NCBI GenBank assembly: GCA_026992595.1
Contig: JALWZW010000050.1
Coordinates: 1 to 41,227 of the forward strand
DNA length: 41,227 nucleotides
Source of the DNA: Candidatus Micrarchaeota archaeon
Lineage (GTDB): Archaea > Micrarchaeota > Micrarchaeia > Anstonellales > Bilamarchaeaceae
Reading direction: 5' to 3'
The notes under the pieces are model-generated. The model was not told the origin of the DNA. It saw nothing but the letters and a program-made list of their open reading frames with translations, and did no database searches. The translations under genes and the position numbers were made by a program. Numbering within the stretch: the first letter of the stretch is position 1; every line of letters begins with the position of its first letter. Shown here piece after piece: positions 33,239 through 41,227 of the stretch.

Positions 33239-33277
33239 TTCGTCTAATTTAAAAGGATTTGCTTCACAAACACAAAC

Positions 33278-34462
33278 ATGGCTCATCGTGCTATTAGAGA
33301 GTATGATGCAAAAAGATTGCTCTCGCGCTTTTTGGGGTTGGATTATAAAGGTGTTTTGATAAAAGGTTGCGATTTTGCGCCTGCCCAATCTTTGCCTTGG
33401 ATAGAGGAGCAAAAGTTGGTTGTAAAAGTGGATCAATTATTTGGCAAGCGCGCTGAATATGGCTTGGTGGGTTTGAACCTTAGTTGGGAGGAGGTTAAGG
33501 AGTGGATAAGGGAGCATTGCGGAAAGGAGGTCTGCATAGGGAGGAAGAAAGGGCGCTTAGAGTATTTTTTGGTAGAGCCCTTTATAGCGCATGAAGAGGA
33601 GCATTATTTGTGCATCCGTTCTACGCGTAATGGCGAGGAGATATTGTACAGCAATAAGGGCGGCACCGGGATTGAGGAGCGCTGGGACGCTGTTAAGAAG
33701 GTGGAGGTGGGGGTTGATGAAGGCGAAGTAAATTTAGGCAATCCTGCCCTTAACACTTACCTTTCCCGTTTATTAACCGCTTTTAGGGAGTTGGATTTTG
33801 CTTCTTTAGAAATCAACCCCTTGGCGCTTCCCGGCTTCTATATGCTGGATGCGGTGGCAGAGGTAGATGATTATGCGCATTTTAAGAATATGAAAGCGTG
33901 GGATTTTGAGTTCCCGCCTCCTTTTGGCAAACATGCATCGCCTGAGGAGCGGAAGGTAGAGGAGTTAGATAAGCGCAGCGGCGCTTCCATGAAGCTTTCT
34001 GTTCTTAATGAAAAAGGCAAGATATGGCTTCTTACTGCTGGAGGAGGAGCAAGCATTGTTTATGCAGATAGCATTAAGGAGTTAGGTTTGGGGGAGCAGT
34101 TGGCGAATTATGGAGAGTACAGCGGCAATCCAAGCGCCCAAGAGATGGAAGAATATTCTTCCACCATTTTCTCTTTAATGGAAAAACACCCTTTCCCTAA
34201 ATATCTTATCATAGGTGGCGCTATCGCTAATTTTACTGATGTGGCCGCTACTTTCAAAGGGGTGGTGGAAGCGATAAGAAAGCACGCCCCTTTCTTCAAA
34301 AAATGGGTTACCGTTATTGTGAGGCGCGGGGGCATCAACGCTGAAAAAGGGCTCGCTTATATAAAATCAGAATTGGACGCGATGGGGATAAAGAATTATG
34401 TTTATTCAGAAGAAAAGGAGATTACCTATCCTGCAAAATTGATAAAGCAGTTGGAGGGTTAG
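33278..34462 (+). CDS. aclB: ATP-citrate lyase, ATP-grasp (beta, SucC-like) subunit
   Basis: 394 aa. The N-terminus MAHRAIREYDAKRLLSRFL resembles the ACL/ACLY N-terminus. ATP-grasp fold features are present. Directly followed (1-nt gap) by the AclA-like gene, the canonical aclBA arrangement. Confidence 0.75.
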   Translation: MAHRAIREYDAKRLLSRFLGLDYKGVLIKGCDFAPAQSLPWIEEQKLVVKVDQLFGKRAEYGLVGLNLSWEEVKEWIREHCGKEVCIGRKKGRLEYFLVEPFIAHEEEHYLCIRSTRNGEEILYSNKGGTGIEERWDAVKKVEVGVDEGEVNLGNPALNTYLSRLLTAFRELDFASLEINPLALPGFYMLDAVAEVDDYAHFKNMKAWDFEFPPPFGKHASPEERKVEELDKRSGASMKLSVLNEKGKIWLLTAGGGASIVYADSIKELGLGEQLANYGEYSGNPSAQEMEEYSSTIFSLMEKHPFPKYLIIGGAIANFTDVAATFKGVVEAIRKHAPFFKKWVTVIVRRGGINAEKGLAYIKSELDAMGIKNYVYSEEKEITYPAKLIKQLEG

Positions 34463-34463
34463 G

Positions 34464-36206
34464 ATGAAGGCAGTGGTGGTAAACCCCAAGGAAAGGTTTG
34501 TGCAAAGCATATTAGATTTTGACTTTCTCTGTTTTAAGGAACCTAGCACAACTGCTTGCGTTTCCTCCTCTCCCTTCCGCGCCTTTTATGGAAACAGGGA
34601 GGTTATCATTCCTTCTTACAGCAGTGTAAGCGATGTGGAAGGCGAAGTGGAGGTGGTGATAAATCTTGCTTCTCAACGAAGCGCCGCGCCTATAACTTTA
34701 GAATCTTTGGAGCGCGATGATGTGAAAGTTGTGGTTATGGTTGCTGAAGGGGTGCGGGAGCAGGAGGTTAAAAAAATTATAAAAAAGGCGAAAGAGAAAG
34801 GGAAAACGGTTATAGGGCCTGCTACTGTTGGCTTTTTAAGAGGGGGCGAGTTTAAAGGTGGGCTGGCAGGAGGAGATATAAGCAATGCGATTAAATCGCG
34901 GCTTTACTTAAAGGGAAGTGTAGGTTTGGTCTCCAAATCTGGCGGAATGCTTAATGAGATGATGAGGATAATTAGCAGATGTGCTGATGGCATTTATGAG
35001 GCGGTTGCGGTGGGCGGAGAGGTTTTTCCCGCCTCCACCATGCTGGACCATATTTTGCGCTTTGAAAAGGAGCCGGGCGTGAAAATGATTGTGGCGCTTG
35101 GCGAGATAGGCAAAGGAGATGAATATGAGATAATAAAGGCAAAAGAAAAAGGGCTTATTACCAAACCGCTTATTATGTATGTAACCGGCTCCTCTGCATC
35201 TCTTTTCCCTTGGAATGTTCAGTTCGGGCATGCTGCGGCTAAGGCCTCTTCTGCTAAGGAAAGCGCGGAGGAGAAGAACAGAGCGCTTAGAGAGGCGGGT
35301 ATTATTGTACCTGAAAGTTTTGACCGGTTTGAGGATGTGATAAGAGCAGAGGCGCGTTCTTTAGGCCTCATACCGCTCAATTGCAGCCCCCTTCGCATCC
35401 CGCCGCGAGATGTAAAGGAACTTATAAAGGAAGGGAAGGCGCGCCATAAATCTGCCTTTGTATGTTCTATCGCTTCTAAAGGAAGGCATGTTTATGCAGG
35501 GGTGCCTGCCAGCAAACTGTTTGAAAAGGGCAGTATAGGTGAAGTTATCGGCTTGCTATGGTTTAAAAGAAAGTTGCCTCCCTTCTTTGTAGAGTTTTTA
35601 GAAAAAGTGGTTATTTTACTTGCAGACCATGGCCCTGCAGTTTCAGGCGCGCACAACGCCATTGTAGCATCGCGCGCTGGAAAGGATGTGATTTCCTCCT
35701 TATGCTCAGGGCTGCTTACTATTGGCCCTCGCTTTGGCGGCGCTATAGATGAGGCAATGAGGAATTGGTGGAGTTATGACATGGATGCTTATGAATTTGT
35801 GGAATTTATGAAAAAGCAGGGGAAAAGGATTGCAGGCATAGGTCATAGAGTGAAATCCAAAAACAATCCTGATGAGCGTGTGGAAATGCTTAAGGCATTT
35901 GCAAAATCCCGCTTCTCTTCAACCCGCTTTTTAGAAAAGGCGCTTGCTGTGGAGCGCATAACCACCCAAAAATCAGAAAAACTTATTCTTAATGTGGATG
36001 GCGCTGTTGCAGCGCTTTTGCTTGATGCAATGGAGTCAAGCGGTTTTTCTAAAAAAGAAATTGAGGAGTTTGTGGAATTGGGCATAGGCAATGCGCTTTT
36101 TGCTTTCTCCCGCTCTTTAGGCATTATAGGTCACGCGATAGACCAAAAGCGCCTTAAGCAGCCGCTGTTTAGAGAGGACGAGGATAACATTCTTTATTTA
36201 GAATAA
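34464..36206 (+). CDS. aclA: ATP-citrate lyase, CoA-binding / citrate synthase-like (alpha) subunit
   Basis: 580 aa. SucD-like part with a phosphohistidine-loop-like FGHAAAKA. C-terminal citrate-synthase-like module with GIGHRVKSKNNPDERV and LNVDGAVAALL. Confidence 0.75.
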   Translation: MKAVVVNPKERFVQSILDFDFLCFKEPSTTACVSSSPFRAFYGNREVIIPSYSSVSDVEGEVEVVINLASQRSAAPITLESLERDDVKVVVMVAEGVREQEVKKIIKKAKEKGKTVIGPATVGFLRGGEFKGGLAGGDISNAIKSRLYLKGSVGLVSKSGGMLNEMMRIISRCADGIYEAVAVGGEVFPASTMLDHILRFEKEPGVKMIVALGEIGKGDEYEIIKAKEKGLITKPLIMYVTGSSASLFPWNVQFGHAAAKASSAKESAEEKNRALREAGIIVPESFDRFEDVIRAEARSLGLIPLNCSPLRIPPRDVKELIKEGKARHKSAFVCSIASKGRHVYAGVPASKLFEKGSIGEVIGLLWFKRKLPPFFVEFLEKVVILLADHGPAVSGAHNAIVASRAGKDVISSLCSGLLTIGPRFGGAIDEAMRNWWSYDMDAYEFVEFMKKQGKRIAGIGHRVKSKNNPDERVEMLKAFAKSRFSSTRFLEKALAVERITTQKSEKLILNVDGAVAALLLDAMESSGFSKKEIEEFVELGIGNALFAFSRSLGIIGHAIDQKRLKQPLFREDEDNILYLE

Positions 36207-36243
36207 GAGCGCTCCTTTGCTTTGCACCTTTGTTTTTCTTTGT

Positions 36244-36801
36244 TTATCTTTTCATTCTTTTTATTTTATTTAGGATTAAATAGAGGGTGGCTATTGCAAA
36301 GAGCAGCCATACCAGTATATTAGCATAAACCAACCCTAAGCCAAAAACATGGATGGCTATTAACAGAAGCGCTAGGTAAACTAAGTTGTGGAGCCGCTTC
36401 CACCATTTTTTAAGTAAAAGCATAGAAAAGCGGTTTGAGGTGATTGTCATTAAAAGCAGGATTAGGAAGGCGAGGGTGGCGGTGGAGTAATAAGCAAGGT
36501 TGTTGCTCACTGCTGTTAGGAACGCATCTATGTTCCAACTAAAAATGTTGTTTAGCACAAATATCAGATGGAAAAGAACATAGAGGAAGGAATGGATGCC
36601 CACCCACATCCTTTGAGCGCTCAACTTTATAAGTATTGACGCCCTGCTCCATTGCGCTATTCTGGGCAGCGCGGTCACAAAAAGCAACATTGCCCACCCC
36701 AATATTCCAAAGGAGGCAGGGATTAGGAGCGGGTCTGAGATGAAGGGGGAGATGAGGAGAAGGAGGATAAGGGGAAGGAGGAGGTAGTGCGCCTCTTTCA
36801 T
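36244..36801 (-). CDS. Ferric-reductase-like transmembrane heme protein (MsrQ/YedZ-like)
   Basis: GIHSFLYVLFHLIFV and KKWWKRLHNLVYLALLLIAIH parallel the heme-ligating His motifs of MsrQ (RWQRLHNFVYL...IH). The ATG at 36801 overlaps the ilvE stop (ATGA). The ORF track extends to 36816. Confidence 0.65.
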   Translation of the reverse strand: MKEAHYLLLPLILLLLISPFISDPLLIPASFGILGWAMLLFVTALPRIAQWSRASILIKLSAQRMWVGIHSFLYVLFHLIFVLNNIFSWNIDAFLTAVSNNLAYYSTATLAFLILLLMTITSNRFSMLLLKKWWKRLHNLVYLALLLIAIHVFGLGLVYANILVWLLFAIATLYLILNKIKRMKR

Positions 36802-37709
36802 ACTCTCTCTAACCATTTTTCATATTTGCGCACTTTACCGCTCACCACATCAAAGAAGCGCTTTTGAAGTTTTTTGGTTATTGTTCCCGGCTTCCCGTCC
36901 CCTATTTTAATTCCATCTATATTTATTACGGGCGTTATTTCTGCTGCCGTTCCTGTTAAAAACACCTCTTCCGCTATATAAAGGTCATCTCTTAAAAGCG
37001 GCCGTTCTCTCACCTCATAACCTAAATCGCGCGCTATGGTTATAACACTGTCCCTTGTTATTCCTTCCAATATGCTTTCATGCACTGGCGGGGTGACCAA
37101 TGCACCATCTAGCACTAAAAATATGTTTTCACCAGAACCTTCCGCCACCCGCCCCCATTCGTTAAGCATAATCGCCTCATCAAACCCGCATTCCCGCGCC
37201 TCTTTTTTAGCAAGCGCTGATGTTAGATAGTTGGCGCTTGCTTTTACATGGGGGCAAAGAAAGCTGTTGTTCATACGCGTCCATGTTGAAACTTTGCATT
37301 TTATACCTGTTTTTATTTTTTCTCCAAAATATTTGCCAAAGGGGACTGGTATAATAGCGCAATGGTATTTTGCCCCTACTATATCCAACCCAATTCCCTT
37401 AAACCCTACAAAACAGAGCGGCCTTATGTAGCATGCCTTTGCTTTATTTGCCTTTAGCACCTTTTTTGTGGCGTTTATTAAATCTTTTAAAGAATATTTA
37501 ATCTCAAAGCCGTAGGTTTTAATGCCGTTAAGGAACCTTTTATAGTGGTCGGTCATTCTGAAGACCGCTAACCCTTTTTTTGTTTGATAGGTGCGCATTC
37601 CTTCAAAAATGGCTGTGGCATAATGAAGCGCATGCGTTAATATTGGCTGCTTCGCCTTCTCCCATTCCACCACTTTGCCGTCAAGCCACACCTTCTCATA
37701 ATACTTCAT
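36798..37709 (-). CDS. ilvE: Branched-chain amino acid aminotransferase (fold type IV)
   Basis: VWLDGKVVEWEKAKQPILTHALHYATAIFEGMRTY, KASANYL and GSGENIFLV...EGITR motifs. Confidence 0.9.
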   Translation of the reverse strand: MKYYEKVWLDGKVVEWEKAKQPILTHALHYATAIFEGMRTYQTKKGLAVFRMTDHYKRFLNGIKTYGFEIKYSLKDLINATKKVLKANKAKACYIRPLCFVGFKGIGLDIVGAKYHCAIIPVPFGKYFGEKIKTGIKCKVSTWTRMNNSFLCPHVKASANYLTSALAKKEARECGFDEAIMLNEWGRVAEGSGENIFLVLDGALVTPPVHESILEGITRDSVITIARDLGYEVRERPLLRDDLYIAEEVFLTGTAAEITPVINIDGIKIGDGKPGTITKKLQKRFFDVVSGKVRKYEKWLERV

Positions 37710-37793
37710 GTGCGTTTATTCTATGGTTAAAAATAAATAGATTATTTTAAGGTTACTATAAGGTTTAATTATTTTTCTTTCTTTTATTGTTTC

Positions 37794-38054
37794 ATGATCG
37801 TGATTGAAATTCTCTCTTCGGCTGAATGCGAAAATTGCTCTATCGCAAAGCGCGTTATTGAGGAGATGGTGAAGGGGATGGAGGATGTGGAGGTGAGAGA
37901 GATAAACATTATTAAAAATCCTGAATATGCGGCAAAATATCAGGTGATGGTCACTCCTGCCATTGTAATAAACGACAAACTTGAATTTAGCGGGGTTCCT
38001 GATGAAAAAAAGCTTTTAGAAAGGTTGGAAGAGATAAGGCGGGAAGATGGGTGA
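37794..38054 (+). CDS. Small thioredoxin-fold protein (glutaredoxin-like, CxxC = CENC)
   Basis: 86 aa. The SSAECENCSIAK active-site-like motif and VTPAIVIND (cis-Pro region) are typical of small archaeal thioredoxin-like proteins. Confidence 0.7.
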   Translation: MIVIEILSSAECENCSIAKRVIEEMVKGMEDVEVREINIIKNPEYAAKYQVMVTPAIVINDKLEFSGVPDEKKLLERLEEIRREDG

Positions 38055-39000
38055 GGAACGCGCTAAGATAGCGCTTGTGTTGTTAGCGTTTTTCCTATTC
38101 TCTTTAATTGTTATAGGCCTTTTATGGCTCTCTTCAGGAGAACATCCTCTCACTTTAGCGCTTGCTTATGCCGCAGGTTTAAGCATGATTTTTCTTCCCT
38201 GTACCCTTCCTTTAGCTTTTGTAATTGTGCCTCTAAGCAGTGGGAAAGGTTATAAAAAAGGTTTTTTAATGGCTTTATTATTTGGCTTAGGATTGTCCAT
38301 CACCCTCACCGCTTATGGGGTGGTGGTTGCTCTTTTAGGCGACTACTTAGGATTGGACAATTTTACGAGGGCGATGTTTTTTGCAGCAGGTATTTTCGCT
38401 TATCTTTTTGGCTTGAGCCAGTTAAATTTATTTAAATTGCATCTTCCGGACTTGCCTCTCCCCTCCTTCATAAATGAGCAGAGAGATTATGCCAAAGCTT
38501 TTCTTATGGGACTTCTTTTAGGCAATGCTGGGGTGGGGTGTCCCAACCCTGCTTTTTATGTGATGCTTCTTTATATTGCCACTACCGGCAGCGTAGTTGA
38601 AGGGGGTGCGTTAGGGTTTATTCATGGAGTGGGGCGTGCAACTCCCCTCATTTTCCTTTCCATTTTGGCCATATTGGGGGTTAATGCCACTAGTTGGCTT
38701 GTTGAAAAAAGAAAGGCAGTGGAGCGCTTTACCGGATGGGCGCTTTTGGTGGTAGGTGTGTTTATTTTTGCTATCGGTCTTTTTGGCATGTATTGGTGGG
38801 AAAAAAGCGTTTTTCATACTGCGTGGAATGAGGTTGCAGCTTCTTTATCTCCCTATTTAGGGGAAACTGAAAAGGCAGCACAGACTTTCAACATTGAGGC
38901 AAACCCCAGCACAGTGGAAAAATACTTCCCTCTTGCTCCTTGGCTCGTTATGTTGGTGTTGCTTCTTATGCCTTTACTTTGGGAGAGGTGTAAAAAATGA
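38047..39000 (+). CDS. ccdA: CcdA/DsbD-family transmembrane thiol-disulfide electron transporter
   Basis: Multi-TM protein with the two family Cys-Pro motifs, FLPCTLPL and VGCPNPAFY. Overlaps the trx-like gene by 8 nt. Confidence 0.7.
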   Translation: MGEERAKIALVLLAFFLFSLIVIGLLWLSSGEHPLTLALAYAAGLSMIFLPCTLPLAFVIVPLSSGKGYKKGFLMALLFGLGLSITLTAYGVVVALLGDYLGLDNFTRAMFFAAGIFAYLFGLSQLNLFKLHLPDLPLPSFINEQRDYAKAFLMGLLLGNAGVGCPNPAFYVMLLYIATTGSVVEGGALGFIHGVGRATPLIFLSILAILGVNATSWLVEKRKAVERFTGWALLVVGVFIFAIGLFGMYWWEKSVFHTAWNEVAASLSPYLGETEKAAQTFNIEANPSTVEKYFPLAPWLVMLVLLLMPLLWERCKK

Positions 39001-39428
39001 GGCCTTTGCTTCTGTTGTTGTTTTTCCCTCTACTCTTTGCCCATGTTGTGGAAAAAGAAAACTTTACTTTTTCAACCCCGCAAACCACTTTAACTATTTC
39101 CCACCAGCCTCGCTTTCCTGTAGTGGGTCAGGAGGTTGTTTTTAGGGTTATTACTGATATAAAGGGAGAGGTTATTTTTGAGATTCACAGCGCTGATTTT
39201 TCGCAGAAGATTGTTCCTTCTTACAACAACTCTTCTTATGTTGCTTCCTATACTTTTAAAGAACCAGGCAACTACTCTCTTCATCTGGTTATCGAGGGTG
39301 TGGAAGTTAATCCCAACTACTCTTTTGAGGTGGATGCTTTAGATTTCTGGGATTTTATGCAGATTTTTATTATAGTGATTTTCGTTGGCTTTTTAGGGTG
39401 GAATATTTACAGCGACTGTAAAAAATAA
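38997..39428 (+). CDS. Secreted, C-terminally anchored small beta-sandwich-like protein (possible YcnI/CopC-like metal binder; speculative)
   Basis: ATGA overlap with ccdA. Signal peptide MRPLLLLLFFPLLFA is followed by His (HVVEK...), which would be the mature N-terminus. About 100 aa of beta-rich sequence, then C-terminal TM IFIIVIFVGFLGW. The function is inference only. Confidence 0.5.
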   Translation: MRPLLLLLFFPLLFAHVVEKENFTFSTPQTTLTISHQPRFPVVGQEVVFRVITDIKGEVIFEIHSADFSQKIVPSYNNSSYVASYTFKEPGNYSLHLVIEGVEVNPNYSFEVDALDFWDFMQIFIIVIFVGFLGWNIYSDCKK

Positions 39429-39452
39429 ATACTTTATTTAAGAAAGAGAGAC

Positions 39453-40019
39453 ATGGACTTGGCATGGAATGATGAGAGGACCAGAAGGTTTGTTACTAAT
39501 GTGGGTCTTATCACTTCCCGCGGGCCGATAGGAGATAATGTGATGGCTGCCGAATGGACGCATCATATCTCCTACGCCCCTTCTCTAATGTCTGTCCATC
39601 TTTCGCTGAAGGATGCGACAGTGGAGAACATCCGCGCCACCAAAGTGTTTGGCATAAACCTCGCGGCAAGCGACCAAGCAACGCTGGTAAGCGTGGCAGG
39701 GAATAATAGCGGAAGAGAGGTGGATAAAATAGCGGCGCTAAAGGAGTTGGGCTTCTCTTTCTACCCTGCAAAAAAGATTGATTGCTTGATGGTAGAGGGT
39801 GCTGCCATGAATGCAGAGTGCGAGGTTTTAGAGGAAAAGCAGTTGGGCGACCACATTATGTTTGTGGGCAGGGTGGTTGAGATAAGCGCTGATGCTGAGA
39901 AAGAGCCGCTTGTCTATCACAACGGCAAGTTTTGGCATTTGGGCGAGCGCGTTTCCAAGCCGCCTGAACCAGAGTTGAAGCGGATAGAAGAAGTGGTGAG
40001 GAAGCATAAGCGGGGTTAA
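39453..40019 (+). CDS. Flavin reductase-like FMN-binding protein (flavoredoxin family)
   Basis: 188 aa. VGLITSRGPIGDNVMAAEWTHHISYAPSLMSV and GDHIMFVGRVVEI are typical of the Flavin_Reduct domain. Confidence 0.7.
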   Translation: MDLAWNDERTRRFVTNVGLITSRGPIGDNVMAAEWTHHISYAPSLMSVHLSLKDATVENIRATKVFGINLAASDQATLVSVAGNNSGREVDKIAALKELGFSFYPAKKIDCLMVEGAAMNAECEVLEEKQLGDHIMFVGRVVEISADAEKEPLVYHNGKFWHLGERVSKPPEPELKRIEEVVRKHKRG

Positions 40020-40933
40020 TCAATTTTTAGATGTTGTTTAAGAGGTCTCATAACTTTTTTCCTTATTATTTCTTCAATCTCGTTGATTAGTGTTATATTT
40101 ACTCTTTCTTCCTTTTCTTCTTTTTCTACTCTCTCCTCAACCTTTTTGCACACCATTTCAACTATTTGGTTTTTTTCTTTGTCTATTTTTGAATAATCTA
40201 GATGTTCCCATTCTGTGTGGGGAGAAGGTAGGTTGTAGGGGACTCTTTTAACATGGATAAATAGTTGGTTTTTATTGTTGTATTTTATAAGTGGCGTTCT
40301 AAAGGCTCTAAATACTGCTTCAAACTGTGAGCCGACCACCAGTGTGTCTTTTTCTTTTATATCCTCATATATTATGGAGTGGTATAATGCATATATAAGA
40401 CATGAACTTAGCTTTTTTTCTCTTTCTTTTATTGAAGAATTGTGTGGTTGAAGAGAGAAAGATATGATTTTTAATAAAGCAAGCGTGCTCAACCTGTGAT
40501 GTAGTATTCTTTCAATTTCAAAACATTCTGCACATCTTTTTAGTTCTTTTATATCTTTCTCCTCATCTCTTAATTCAATCTCTAAAATTTTTTCTCTGTT
40601 AGCAACATCTGCAAGATGGTGGGCAATTCTTTTTAATTTCCAATAATTTTGGTTAAAGGTTTTTGGAACATTTTCAAACTTTATTGTAGAAATCTGCCCG
40701 TAAACTCCTATGTTTATTTTTTCCTCCTCAATTCCTAAGAGATAAGGATAAAGGAGATATCTTATTACTCCTTTAAGGCTAACATAGCCACACCCTACTC
40801 CCACTGCGACCATTGTTTTGGCGTTTTTAGAACGGGAATTAGGTATTTTTAATTCTTGTCGTGTTTTTTCTTCAGTTTGAGTAATTTTTTTTAGGTGCGT
40901 CTTTAATTCCTCTATTTCTATTCTTGCGTTCAA
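40016..40933 (-). CDS. Hypothetical protein in the AT-rich island
   Basis: 305 aa. The TTG start overlaps the stop of the upstream partial ORF (TTGA). KE-rich termini. No motif I recognise. GC is far below that of the neighbouring genes. Confidence 0.55.
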   Translation of the reverse strand: MNARIEIEELKTHLKKITQTEEKTRQELKIPNSRSKNAKTMVAVGVGCGYVSLKGVIRYLLYPYLLGIEEEKINIGVYGQISTIKFENVPKTFNQNYWKLKRIAHHLADVANREKILEIELRDEEKDIKELKRCAECFEIERILHHRLSTLALLKIISFSLQPHNSSIKEREKKLSSCLIYALYHSIIYEDIKEKDTLVVGSQFEAVFRAFRTPLIKYNNKNQLFIHVKRVPYNLPSPHTEWEHLDYSKIDKEKNQIVEMVCKKVEERVEKEEKEERVNITLINEIEEIIRKKVMRPLKQHLKID

Positions 40934-41226
40934 CTCTTCTTTAATTTTCTCTCTCTCTCTCTCTCACTCATTGTAAGGGCTCTTTTCAGAGTGTGCCGCA
41001 AAAGATGGATTTTTTTCCTCCTCATATTTTCTTTATATGGGAGGATTGTGGTCATATTTTTATATATGTGTATTTCTGTTTTAAATATTTTGCGTTTTTT
41101 CCTTTCTACATTTAAAACTTTCCACCAATCTGGAATATTTTTAAGTTTTGTTCCATTATTATTTTTATGCTTTCCAAAAGCGAAATACTCAACTACTCGC
41201 CGCTTAACAGAGGGGAAAAGGAAGAG
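40930..41226 (-). CDS. Hypothetical protein, 3' part only (runs off the window edge)
   Basis: Hand translation of the minus strand gives an open frame from the window end: ...RRVVEYFAFGKHKNNNGTKLKNIPDWWKVLNVERKKRKIFKTEIHIYKNMTTILPYKENMRRKKIHLLRHTLKRALTMSERERERKLKKS*. Not in the track because no start codon lies within the window. Confidence 0.4.
   Translation of the reverse strand, partial: LFLFPSVKRRVVEYFAFGKHKNNNGTKLKNIPDWWKVLNVERKKRKIFKTEIHIYKNMTTILPYKENMRRKKIHLLRHTLKRALTMSERERERKLKKS
40949..40965. repeat. (CT)n dinucleotide microsatellite, 17 nt
   Basis: CTCTCTCTCTCTCTCTC. On the minus strand it encodes ERERER near the C-terminus of the partial ORF. Confidence 0.9.
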
Positions 41227-41227
41227 G

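Noticed and set aside
38894-39145. 83-aa plus-strand ORF spanning the ccdA and downstream-gene junction
   Set aside because: It is in an alternative frame to two ORFs that are linked by an ATGA overlap and have clear TM and signal-peptide features.

Overview
Densely packed archaeal chromosomal segment, about mid-40s %GC by eye. The archaeal assignment rests on the gene order uL3-uL4-uL23-uL2-uS19-uL22-uS3-uL29-aSUI1-Rpp29, a class I LysRS, Sec61beta, geranylgeranyl reductase, TATA-like boxes about 25-30 nt upstream of starts, and many ATGA/GTGA/TTGA start-stop overlaps. The small genes and patchy metabolism suggest a small-genome (DPANN-like) archaeon, but that is inference only. Recognisable housekeeping genes: lysK, ribD, ppsA, tRNA-Gly(GCC), an HD hydrolase, a HAD-IIA phosphatase, a CDF transporter, a GGR plus a class I disulfide oxidoreductase, a GT2, two-subunit ATP-citrate lyase (aclBA), ilvE, an MsrQ-like heme membrane protein, a Trx-CcdA operon and a flavin reductase. 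The most unusual content is a six-gene, translationally coupled array of mutually paralogous polytopic membrane proteins (about 2.2-9.6 kb). They share motifs and a conserved C-terminal tail, and one member carries a roughly 340-aa cysteine-rich ectodomain. I cannot assign this family to any characterised system. It is followed by a PAC2/HbYX protein and bracketed by two paralogous 2-TM ankyrin-like proteins. Other notable items: a GT2 plus a 970-aa heavily sequon-decorated beta-helix, Cys-rich, membrane-anchored surface protein; a 65-bp double-palindrome repeat upstream of both ppsA and an Arch-ATPase gene next to the tRNA; a ribosomal-protein cluster that breaks off after Rpp29; and a sharply AT-rich two-gene island at the 3' edge. 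No rRNA, CRISPR array, transposase or integrase was seen.
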